NCBI GenBank assembly: GCA_010909165.1
Contig: MU008221.1
Span: forward strand, 62,001-126,000
Reading direction: 5' to 3'
DNA: 64,000 nucleotides
DNA from: Anthoceros angustus
Lineage: Eukaryota > Plantae > Anthocerotophyta
Positions 35,187-46,166 of this stretch are shown here, piece after piece. The position numbers and the translations under genes are program-made. Under the pieces are notes generated by a model. It did no database searches. It was given only the letters and a program-made list of their open reading frames with translations, and was not told the origin of the DNA. Numbering within the stretch: position 1 is the first letter of the stretch; every line of letters starts with the position of its first letter.

Positions 35187-36371
35187 TCAGTTGCATTTGG
35201 CTCCAGACGATGATTCATTACTTCCTACCTGCATGCCAAGCTCCAGCGAGGCCAAGCGGGCGCCTTCCAAGCGCGCAGCAATCTTGCGCACGGCGATGTC
35301 GCGGGCGAAGTCGGGGGACCCGTGCTTCGGCTTCACGTCGCGACTGAAGGGGGAGAATCCGCAGTCGTCGGTGGCTCCCAGGCGGTCGATGGGGATGTAC
35401 TTTGCCGCTAAGAGAAGATCGCTCCTCACCTGCTCAGGAGTCTCCACTTCCGGGTTGAGCGGGTTGATGACGCCGATGAAGCAGACCTGGGGGACGCCGT
35501 CGGCATCGCCGCGGCTGTACTTGCCGCACAGCTTGTACACGCTCTCCTTGTCCTCCTCGCTGGCGACCTGGATGAGAAAGTATCCGGCATTGAGCTGGAA
35601 CATCCGACTCAGCAGAAGCTCATACGGCACTTCCTTGCTATGCACAGAATCGCAGTCCCCGCCGGGGCAAGTGTGGATGCCGATGTTGCGTCTCTCCTGC
35701 GGGGAGAAGCGGTCCAGCACGCGGTTGTTGAGCGCGATGAAATCCTGCAGCATGTCGCGGCCGGTCCAAGGGTTCCGCGAGTCGTTCTTGTTCGCCAGCC
35801 GGCCCTCCGTGAAGTCGATGGACACTCGCACCGCGGCCGCTTGGAATCACTGCCGGATGTCCTTCTCCACCTCCGCCACCACGTCGTCAAGAAACTGCTC
35901 CCGGCTGTAGTGCTGGATCTCGCCTTCCAGCGGGTAGAGCAGGGACATCATGGACGCCGATATCACGGCCTGCTTCACCGGCCGCTTCGCGATGGCCACG
36001 TTCTTGGCCACAAACTGCGACGCATACGTCTTGTAGCGGAAGGGCCTGGAGGTGAGCCGCGGAAGCTGGCGGTGGTGGCCGTCGTCGAAGATGGCGAAGA
36101 ATTGGCCGTCCCCGGCGAGAGTGGACGCCAGGCCCGTCCCCGCCAATGTGTCCGTGATCGGGTAGGTCGCAAAGCTCGATTCCCGCTGCTCCCCGTCCGT
36201 CACGATTGGCTCTCCCACGGCCTCCAGCCGTCGAATTGAGTCCTCCGCTGCCTCGTTCTGCTCCGCTTGCAAGGCCTCCAAGGTGATGCTGCCCTTGTCG
36301 TATGCCTCGAAGGCCTCCTGCAGCTTAAGTGGCCGCGGCAGTGAGCCTACCAGCTCCGTCGGGATCGGCAT
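35187..36371 (-). pseudogene. Intronless microbial-type cobalamin-independent methionine synthase II (single-domain MetE-like) with one in-frame TGA at 35847-35849
   Basis: The two ORF-track ORFs share a frame: MPIPTELVGSLPRP..TDGEQ..PVKQAVIS..DIRQ*FQAAAVRVSIDFTEGRL..HTCPGGD..IGVINP..VETPEQV..DDCGFSPF; HxC and DCG zinc ligands intact; functional status unresolved. Confidence 0.88.
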
Positions 36372-37119
36372 GTCGCTCCTCCTCGAAGAATGATGCAAGT
36401 CGAAGCAATTCACTTCTTTCAACATGCAAAGTCCTGCTCCTGCTCTGGCTTCAGCTGCAGCACCATCTCCCGAGGACACGTCGAGGTCCCTGGAAGGATA
36501 AGAAAGACAAAGGAAGCAAGTGCGTAGCATCCATTCCGCCAACCACGTGCCCTGAGGACACGTTCGGACAGTATACCGGGACGTTTCGTCAACCAACAAC
36601 GTCCTTTGGCAATATACAATTCACAGACAGGGAAGATCGCCGCGATGAGGTCCCAACGATGAGTATAGACTACAGGTGAGATCATAAGGGTCCATGCCCT
36701 GCGGAGAGGACATCCTTCTCAACGCTGTAACACGTCTGTGAAGCCGCTGTGCCCTTGCAGGCTTTGGAGGTGTATCGGAATGCAGAAATTTGGGAATCTT
36801 ATAGCCTGAGAAGGTCGAATCCCGCCGCCTTTGCGGCGCCTGGAACGGAAAACGAACGACGGAGACTACACGGCTACGTCTGTACCGGGGTCACCATCAC
36901 GTCAGCAGCAGAAGTGATACAACACGATATACATATGTGAATTCGACATATGTCGACTTTTACGCTAAGTTTCACACATTAGGTGATCTAAATACAACAG
37001 ACGCGTTTGCCAACCCACGTTTAGCTTAGCTGAAGCTGTCTGAATGCTACCTCCACGTATAATGCAGGCAGAGGTTTAATGTACAGGCGCATCGAGCACA
37101 AAAATCAAGAATATCGGAT

Positions 37120-38512
37120 TCACTTCGGTGCTCCCCTTGGTAGCCTATTGGCAATTTCCTACAGAACAACATCATCCGATTAATGCCTGACCAAGGAGGA
37201 GGGCGACGTAAAGGACGAGAAGCCGCACAACCTACCTGGAATAACTCGTTCACGTTGTTCGCTGTTTTCGCGGAAGTCTCTATGTGGAACATGCTGTTAG
37301 CTTCAGCATAAGCCAACGCATCCTGTTGATAATGGTGAAAAGGGAGTGAGGATGAGACTGAAACCCACAGCAGTTCTAACCAAACACTCAAACTCAGTAC
37401 TAGCCCCCTCCGTACCTCTCGCTTCACTGTGCGCTGCTCTTCAAGATCAGCTTTGTTTCCGACAAGAGCCATCACAATGCCCGGGGTTCCATGCTTTTGC
37501 AGCTCCTGAACAGATGTCAGCAGTTTCATGGATTAAGCAGAGCTTCATGAATGCACAGCCAATATTGGACGACCTGAGAGTTACGGCACCCACCTTCACC
37601 CAGAATTGTGCTTTGTTGAAGGTTTCAGGACTGGTGATATCGTACACAACAACTGCTGCTGACGCTCCCCTGTAGTACAGCGGTGCAAGTGAAGCATACC
37701 TGGATGGGAACCAAGAAGCGCATAAGATCACAATCAGGTTGAAAATGGACAGTGCTGCGCCATCCCTACCACATCCAACACCAACGGATGGCTTCCCCAT
37801 GCCCTGCACATGACCTAACCTTTCTTGGCCTGCAGTGTCCCATATCTCGAACTTGACAGTCGTGGAATCTTGCAAGGCAACAGTTTGTGACAAAAAAGAC
37901 GCTCCCACAGTGACCTACACCGCAGGCAAAAAAAGGCATAGAATGTATACATGACAAGCCGCTCTTCATTGCAACTTTATGAAACGAGCAGTGATGCAGT
38001 GAGTACCTTAGAGTCCGGATCAAACTGGCCCCGCACAAATCTCAGAACAAGGCAACTCTTGCCAACTCCTGAGTCCCCTAGAAGAACCAACTGCAACACG
38101 CCCCTCACAAAAGTAAGACGTCAGCAATCACCTCCTCGAGCTCAAGCTTGACTGACCGTCTATCAAGCCCTCACAAAACCTACCAACCCATCCAACCTAA
38201 GCTCTGACAAGCACAGTTCCCAACCCATCCAGCAGCTGCCCAGCTCGCAACACACCTTAATTCTCAAAGTCTTGGAATCAAATGGATCAGCTTGCTCTCG
38301 TCTGCCATCTGACAGTCGCCCTTGCCCCTTCGCTGCACCCAACCACGTCACAAAAGCCACACCATGTGCGTGAGAAAGGACGCAGACACCAGCTCCTCAT
38401 GCAGAAACCCCCTCCGGACAAGGGTTTCCAAACGGATCCAAAACGGGCCTTTTCAGCCGAGTGGAGAAATTTGGTTTGAGAGCCAACCTGGAGTAGATCC
38501 TGCGCAACCCAT
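37120..38512 (-). CDS. RABF1: Plant-specific Rab5 GTPase RABF1/ARA6
   Basis: N-terminal MGCAGS (myristoyl/palmitoyl type), [32 protein letters not shown]; no C-terminal prenylation Cys (ends RLPRGAPK*). Confidence 0.95.
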
Positions 38513-39331
38513 AACGGGCAGAAAGCGGCCAGAAACCAGCCCAGGCGAGCTCGGCGGGTATCAGCTAGCTCCGGGACGTGCCAACCTGCTGTGCATATGT
38601 TAGCACCCTTTCAGCTCGAATTCACAATCCAAACACTAAAACGTCAAAATCCAAAGAGCCTTGCCCCTTCCAGCTCTCATTCACCAAATTCAGAGGACGG
38701 AGGGAAACCCACCTGCGGCTGAGGGCTCCGGTCGTGAAAGATTCGTTGGTGAAAATGCTTCAATCGTGAAAATCCATCCGAGCTTTATTCCGCAAGAAAA
38801 GCAGCAGGGGCAAGGGGGCAGACTGTGGCCGGATCCCGGATCGGGACATGAATCACGGGCGCGCACAGAATCGCACAGCAGCTGGGGAAAGGAGAAAAAG
38901 GCAAAGCAACCCACGTGTCACGCGCTTTCATGCGTGGAAGCTCCCGGCTTCCGGCTCGCGGCACTTGGCGTGTGCATAAAGCCCGAACCAGAACCAGAAC
39001 CAGAACCCCAACCCGAACCCGAACTCGAACCACCATCCTGTGTGAAACCTCTTTGGAGTGTAATGAAGAACATACATAACTCTGCAACTGCTGACAGTCC
39101 CGCCATGGTGAATGCGCCCTTCTCGTGACCTCTCATGGCCGGGACGGGATGGTATCTGTTGCTTTCAGAGCCCATCCAGCGTGCTCCATGTTGGAGCGGG
39201 GTCAGAGGTGTGTCGGAGACGCTTAGTCCTGCAAATCTGTGTCTGAAATGCCGCAGAGGTAAGCAAAGCTGGCAGATTGTCTGCATTTGCTGCCGAAGCT
39301 GCTGCGGGACTCGATCCCGCGCTGGCTGGAG

Positions 39332-40932
39332 ATGGTGAGGTCGGCGGGGATGGTGGCTGGACTCTGGGTGATGCTGGTCGGGGTTACTCTCTTGCAGGGG
39401 GAATCGAGAGGGTATTCGATCAGCCCTTGCCCTCCAGCTCTGGTGGTGTTCGGGGATTCGCTGTGGGACACTGGAAATTTGGCTGCCAAGTATCCTGACA
39501 TGGCGCCGGATTCCCCGTATGGAGAGACGTATTTCCGGCACCCTAGTGGTCGATATTCGGATGGCCGCCTCGTGGTTGATTTCTTTGGTGAGATTGCTGT
39601 CAGTGACATTTTGGTTTTGAATTATCGGAGCTTTCACTTCTCTGCATTGGAGAGTTGAGGCTTGTAGTCTTGACACAGTTTGTTGGCTTGGAACGGATTG
39701 CAGCGGAGGCGATGCAGCTGCCGTTGCTGAGTCCGTACTTGAAGAGTGCAGGATCCGACTACAGGCATGGTGTGAATTTTGCGGTGGCGGGGTCTACTGC
39801 GACCAATTTTTCGTTGGTGAATCCGTTTGATTTGACGGTGCAGTACGGATGGTTTCAGGAGTTCAAGAAGAACGGAGTAGATGTCCGCGCGGCGGGCCCA
39901 GGTGAGGAGGATTTTAGTGAGCACGTATGTATGTGTTGTAGGACAAAGTTGTGTAGCACTCCATCTTGTTGGCAGTTCCGGAGGGTGACTGATATGAGGT
40001 AGTCGGGGATGCAGGCACAGAGGTAATCCAAGATGCGTTATATGTGATCTCCATTGGAAGCAATGACTACACCTATGCGCATTTGTATATTAGAATGGCA
40101 CAACGAGAGATTCTCAGCCTGTTAGTACCTGCTGTTGTAGGATCTATCCGCGCAGTAGCACAGGTCAGCTGGATGGTGGTTTGCTGAGCTTGGGAGCAGA
40201 TGATGGCTACTACTTGTGTTGATGCTACCATTGTATGTACATGAACTTGATGATGTCCCATGCCTGATGCAGAATCTGCTGGATGGAGGTGCTAGACGTT
40301 TGATGATCTTTAACATACCACCAGAGGGGTGCTCAGCACTGATTCTCACCGTGTTCCCTGGTTCGCCCTCGGACTATGATAAGAATGGCTGCCTCACCCT
40401 GCACAACTCTATTGCCCAGGCTCACAATGCCATGCTCAAAGACGCGGTCGACACTCTCCGGCACCAGTATCCGGATGCAACCATACTCTACGCGGATTAC
40501 TACTCTCTTGCATATGACATCCTGAGCAATCCAAAGCAATATGGTAAGGAGTTGTGGAGCTCAGCTTCCATGTGTAGGCAATATGTAGGAATCGCAGGAC
40601 TCTGCAACGGGAACAAACACCCATTTAACACAGGTGAGCTTGTTGAATGGTGTTCAGGTTTCGGCAAGGCCAACCTTACTCACGCATGCTGCGGACGAGG
40701 AGGGAGCTACAATTTCAATATTGCAGTGAGGTGTGGACAGACGGGTTTCCTATACGGGCAAAGAGTGCATGTAGGGGCGTGCACGAATCCCCAAGACTTT
40801 GTTCAGTGGGACGGCTTCCACTTCACCGAGGCCTTCAACAAGGTTGCCTCCAAAGCCTTCTTGGCTGGGAAGTTCTCCATGGACACTCCCCAAACCGCCG
40901 GTTATGCATTCGAGTGCCCAACCAAGGAGTAA
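39332..40932 (+). CDS. Secreted GDSL esterase/lipase
   Basis: Signal peptide, FGDSLWDTGN, GRYSDGR, GVNFAVAGS, IGSND, WDGFHFTE. Confidence 0.95.
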
Positions 40933-41256
40933 CTAGGAACTGACATGTTCATGTTCCATGGCCATCGTAGATTCATCGTTGCATTGCACATGCCGATACT
41001 TCTCTCTTGAACCTCCTGAGCGTATCGAATCACGTTAATGCCTCTGGAGGCATGCACCGAGTCCTGTCCTACCTGTTCTCTGCCTGTGAGGCTGTGCCAT
41101 AATGTGCAGGATATGCCATCCAGTGCCACCCACGTAAACAATCAGAGTGTCTGCTGCTTTAACGCTGGACAGCATTTCCAGTGACAAACATTTCAATATG
41201 TGAGAAGAGGGCAGAGACACAAGTGCAGGAAGTGCAGCCCAACCTGGTGCAAAGCA

Positions 41257-42437
41257 CTACTTAATATCAGAACAGGCAAGAGGTCCGAGAGGTTCTCTCA
41301 AGCAAGCTCCTATTGCTGTCACTGCTGCCTCTATAGATGCATCTTCTCCCTGCAACACACACCCATAAGCATCAACCATAGGATCCAGCAGGTTTCTTTC
41401 AAGTTGAAGCAGCAGGGTTCGAGACGAACATTCTCACGCCAGTAGAAGATGTTGCCGTATTTTCCAGCAAGCCGGGACCAGAAGCTCCGAGGCACAGCTA
41501 GATCGACAGTGGCACCTACGTTGAAGTTAAGAATGTTCCCTGTCCATGCCAAGCTATCATCAGTACGCAAAAGGCCATGCTTCTTCAGCAACAGCTCTTA
41601 GAAAGCTCCAGGAACTTGCCTAAGCTGGGATCAGCGACGAACACGATAGTGTCGTCATCAACCTTCCAGAAGTCCTTCACAGCCAAACCTATCACCACAG
41701 CAATGAGGTCACGGCACCATCCACACATCAGCAACACCAGCAAGAGCTGGGATAACGCTATGCCAGCTGAAGCACATATGCAGACCAGGTGTGTCGGGAT
41801 AATTTTGAGCAAGAACCCTGAGCTTGAAGCCAGTGTCCTCTTCAATGCTGTTAACTGCTTCCACAATCCGTCCCTCCTGCACACAAAAACCTCACAGGAA
41901 TGACTCCTCCTCCTCTAAGCTTATCTGAAACAATGGCTTGGGATGGACGCCAACGCACTTGGCCGCCTGACAAGAATCCAGCTACATCAATGACCGGGGT
42001 GAACTCCTTGGGAAGCAGCTCCGGCTTGTTAACGCCTTCAAACCTGGCTTCAGCGACCTCCACTCCTGTACAGAGACGCCTGACCAAAGATGAGAAAGTG
42101 GTCGGTCTTCGAGACTCGCATGCCTCAGAGCAAGGCAGGGGATATTACCGCTTCCAAAACAGAGAGCAAGGCTGAGTGAGGCCGCCAGAGCAGCATTCAC
42201 CGCCCTGCGAGAGGACGCGACCAAAGCCTGAATCGCAACCTGGCGGGCGGACACTGACGTCCTCCGGACTGCATCAGGCTCGGTGGCTTCAAGCCTTTGT
42301 GTTACATCAAATCCTCCCGAGATCTTGAAAGCCGCATTGCTGCAGTCGCCGTCCCGGCTGTAGCTGCAACTGACGGCCGAAGCTCGGCAGACGCTTTCGG
42401 CTGTTCGCACAGGCAGGACGGCGGATGAGGCTGCCAT
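41257..42437 (-). CDS. Thylakoid lumenal 15 kDa protein 2-like (TPM domain)
   Basis: Transit peptide with RR motif and AEA site; ARFEGVNKPELLPKEFTPVIDVAGFLS, DTGFKLRVLAQNYPDTPG, GNILNFNVG, KYGNIFYWRE. Confidence 0.9.
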
Positions 42438-42776
42438 GCTTCCGTTGGGAAACTTGAGGATGGATGGTCCAGTGCTGGACTCCGGAGGTTCCAGCTTCCT
42501 GGAAGAGCTAACGGAGAGGTGACGTGGCCGGATGGTTTTCACGGCATAGCTATTAGGAGAAAGGTAAAATTGCCCCGCGAAGAAACAGAGCTATTACATA
42601 GGAACTGTGTACCACCACGGAAATTGCTGCGCCAAGAAACGGTACTACTATCACCCGTGGAGTGAATTTAGGGGTACTAGTCCTAGTCCGCAGACAGTAT
42701 GTACTACTTAGAAATGTTCGAGTCTTACGCAGCGATCTAGAGGGTGCGGGAGAAACCAGGTATCCCCAGCACATAG

Positions 42777-44328
42777 CTAGCTGAAGACCAGCCAGATGAG
42801 TATCAGAAGAAGGACGATCAAGAATGCGATCATTGCAATTTGGCCCTTAATTCCCGCTTTCTTCATAACCACTTCCAGCTTTTTCTGCACAGCAGGTTCA
42901 TCCCATCAGCGACATAATTGTGCTGTAGCTAAATCTGAAGCAAGAAGTGAGCAAAACAGAGTCATTAAATGGCACCTGCACAAAATCGACTCTGCTCAAG
43001 GTGATGTCCATATCCCGGCCAAAATCGTCCATGAGTCTCTCCTGAAGGCAGTTTGTGGATTTACACATGGAGTCAGACAGCCAAGGCAGGATCCTTACAG
43101 GTCACAGATGACACCTCTACAAGGCTCGAAACAACCCTTTTTTACGGGCAAGCTTCCAAAAGCATGCAGCAAGGCATACCTGTCCAGCAAGCTCTTCATG
43201 AATAGTCAGTCCAACCCCTCCAAGGCGCTCCACACTTGCACTTAGCTCATCCAGGTCTTCATCTTGTTCCCTGACAGAAAGTGGCGACAGGACATTAGGC
43301 ATTAAGGGAGGAATTCCGCAGTGGTTTAAAAGAGAGAAACAAGCCTCGGTAAATTTGTCAGTAGGAGCTTACTTCAATATGAGAGCTTGTCTGTCAGATT
43401 CACTTCCGATGAAGCTTTCATTATCAACAAACACCGCCTGGCTGGTGCCACCACGATCGTTTGGCATCCTCAACAGCTCCCGCCGGTTGACAGATCCAGT
43501 TCCAGGTTTCCGTTGTGATACATTTTGCATGGCTTTCCGCAGGCTCGCAATCTGTGCAGAAAAGGCAGGAGTTATGCCAACCCCACTCAGTGCATCACCA
43601 AGCAACATCATCAAATAAAACCAGATTGCGAGCAGAAAAACTCCTCCCTCCCTCACCTGGGCACGAGTAGAGCTTGTCCATCTCCTTCGCCGGTCGATCT
43701 CGGCAGCATCGACGCTGAATCTCGCTGGATCCCTCTCTGCCACTGCTATGGCCCTATCAAGTTCATCCACCTTCACACCCCAAAACCGGCTCCTCAACAA
43801 CGGAGAAGTGGAAATACACAGCTGTGTCCCTCAAGCTTTGCCTTGGTGAAATCTGCAATTGCGCAATGCATTTCAAAAGCTGGACTACCAGGAAGAAAGA
43901 CACCCTACGCCGCATCACGGCTCCAGCCTCCCTACTCCACCCACAAGCATCCACAATCCGATCCGCACAGTACACACATCACACATCGGGCCCGTAGCAG
44001 CCTCACCTGCCAGTCTATGCTCTCAAAGCCCGAAAGCAGCTCCTTAGCCAGCTGAGCGGTCTCGCTTGCGCCAGCGGGCAACTGCTCCCATTTCGCAAAA
44101 TCTCTTTGCAGATTGTTCGTCTGCACTACGCGGGGGACAGCGTTACAAGGCCATCCCAGCTAAGGCAGATCTGAAGCAAGCAAGCAGGCGGAGCAGGTCC
44201 CGCCAGCTGGTAGGGAGTTCCGCTCAGAAAGCAAATGTGACATGACATAGATCCAAGCGAATGCGTGCGCAACTCACCGAAACCTGGATCTCCTCCTTCA
44301 CCAGGTAGAAGGGATCCAGAGCCGACAT
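42777..44328 (-). CDS. SYP61: Syntaxin-6 family Qc-SNARE
   Basis: MSALDPFYLVKEEIQ, IDWQ|VDELDRAI, EIDRRRRW, QDEDLDELSASVERLGGVGLTIHEEL, C-terminal TM. Confidence 0.95.
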
Positions 44329-45075
44329 GACTGCTGCTCCTCCACGCCGATCCCCTTGGCCAGCTTTTCACGACAGTCTACCCTACGGAAACTTCCACTC
44401 CTTCCGACTCAGTACTGCTGAACACGCCATTGGCGGTTACTTTACTAATTTTGTTAATCTAGAATCGTAGAGGATTCAACCGTTGTTTGGCTAGCTGCTT
44501 GGGAGTTTCACAGTCCTCGCGATGACTCCGTCCTATGCATGGGCCTCGACTGCAGGCTGGAGGAGTCCAACACCCTGCAAGGGTTTAATATTGTATTTAA
44601 ACCAGATTATTATTATTCTCAAAACATAAGTTTTGAATACATAAATTTATAAGGACGAAAAATCGAGGTCAAGGTAAAGATTGGAGATGAACTTTGATTA
44701 TTGATGTTGATGTTTTGTATCTCATTGGTATGAGGTGGCCTTTAGAGATATGAGGATTTCAAATAAGTAAAATTTACACAAAAGAGGCTTCAAATGACAA
44801 AGGGTATGAAAAGAGTAGTCAACATTAAGAATGGGTAAGTACTTAAGTTAGGAACCAACATTGATTCTCACTTTTGAACTTGAAAGAGCTTTTCCATCAC
44901 AAGTACAAGTACAAACGTTCTAGTCATGGCACATGAAAAATTTTGATGTCCATTACTACTAGACAAAGAGTTTGGGCGTGGCATTCCTTGATAACATAAC
45001 TTCAATCCATATATTGAGAATATTTATTTTAAATTGAATACGGAGACTGTATTGAAAAGCAGAGGTGGAAAATCT

Positions 45076-45203
45076 CATCTACAACTAGATGGAAGGGATA
45101 AGCCCTCAAAAAGGGCCCCAAACCAGGGGGACTAGCCATCCCATCTACAACTAGATGGAAGAGAAAAGCCCACAAAAAGGGCCTCAAACCAGGGGAACTA
45201 GCC
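45076..45203. repeat. Imperfect 66-bp tandem duplication
   Basis: CATCTACAACTAGATGGAA...AAACCAGGGG.ACTAGCC twice. Confidence 0.9.
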
Positions 45204-45321
45204 CCAGCAATCGTATATATCTTTCAAGCAACTACTTGCCAGCTAACGCCATCCAAAAAACGCGCCCAATCTCCCCTCATGGAGGGTCGCAGAACTGAAT
45301 GGTTATTTATACCGTATGCCA

Positions 45322-45640
45322 AGGGGTGGTTCAGCAGGATAATTATTTTGAAAAAAAATAAGTTTCAAAATAGATATTTATATTTTTAAATTTTCAATAT
45401 TTATGAAAAAACTACTTTTATTAAATTTCAATATTTATTAAAATACATAGGTATTTATATAGAACTAATGGATATGTATAAACCTCCCCTAAATAGGCCC
45501 TAATTTTTCACACAATTCTTAGTTTCCTTGTTTTCGGCATCTTAAACTCATAAATTTTTACATATTCAGCATTTTAAGTATAATAATTTTTGGATTTTCA
45601 AATTTTACTATTTTTAATTAATTAACGCCGAATCACCCCT
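45322..45640. mobile_element. MITE-like AT-rich element
   Basis: Imperfect inverted ends AGGGGTGGTTCAGC / GCCGAATCACCCCT; no clear TSD. Confidence 0.45.
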
Positions 45641-46166
45641 CATGTTACGTTAATCTGTCTAAAGGATGAGCTAATTCCACCAAGACATGATAATGAAAAT
45701 TTCTTCGTTTTTTAGGAAAAAACGATGGGGAAAAACCATCCAACATAGGACAATGAAGGTGGACCCCGGGGTTCAAGGTCAAAAAGAGATGAAAATAGAT
45801 CATGAAGCCAGAGATTGAGATGTAGAAGATGGGATGTATTGTAATTAAATTATTAATATTTTCATGTACAAATCGATTTATTTCTTTTGACTTCCCAATA
45901 AATTATCCACATTAGAAATTAGTACTCTTAACTCTTTTGTAAGGTTATGGATAAGGTTATATTGAGTCGTTTCATTCTCTTGATGACGAGTTTTGGAAAA
46001 TCTTACGGAAACCTAGTAAGATATAACAAAGTTTTGGATCTCAATATATTATGAACGCTTTATCAAACATAATTAGTTTTTACTTATTTCCTACTAACCT
46101 GAATAATCATCAAAACAATGAGAAAAAATCTTCATGCTCTCGATTTTTTGTAAATTCAAGGCTTAC

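Noticed and set aside
35847-35849. Selenocysteine or U-to-C editing as rescue of the TGA
   Set aside because: Land plants lack Sec machinery, the site is not a zinc ligand and no SECIS was evident; U-to-C editing is known only for organellar transcripts
35191-36239. Long + strand ORFs (239 and 199 aa)
   Set aside because: Antisense shadows of the GC-rich methionine synthase frame
38661-39676. 252-aa minus ORF and PEPEPE/GSGSG ORFs
   Set aside because: Antisense to GDSL exon 1 plus a hexamer microsatellite; no domain recognised
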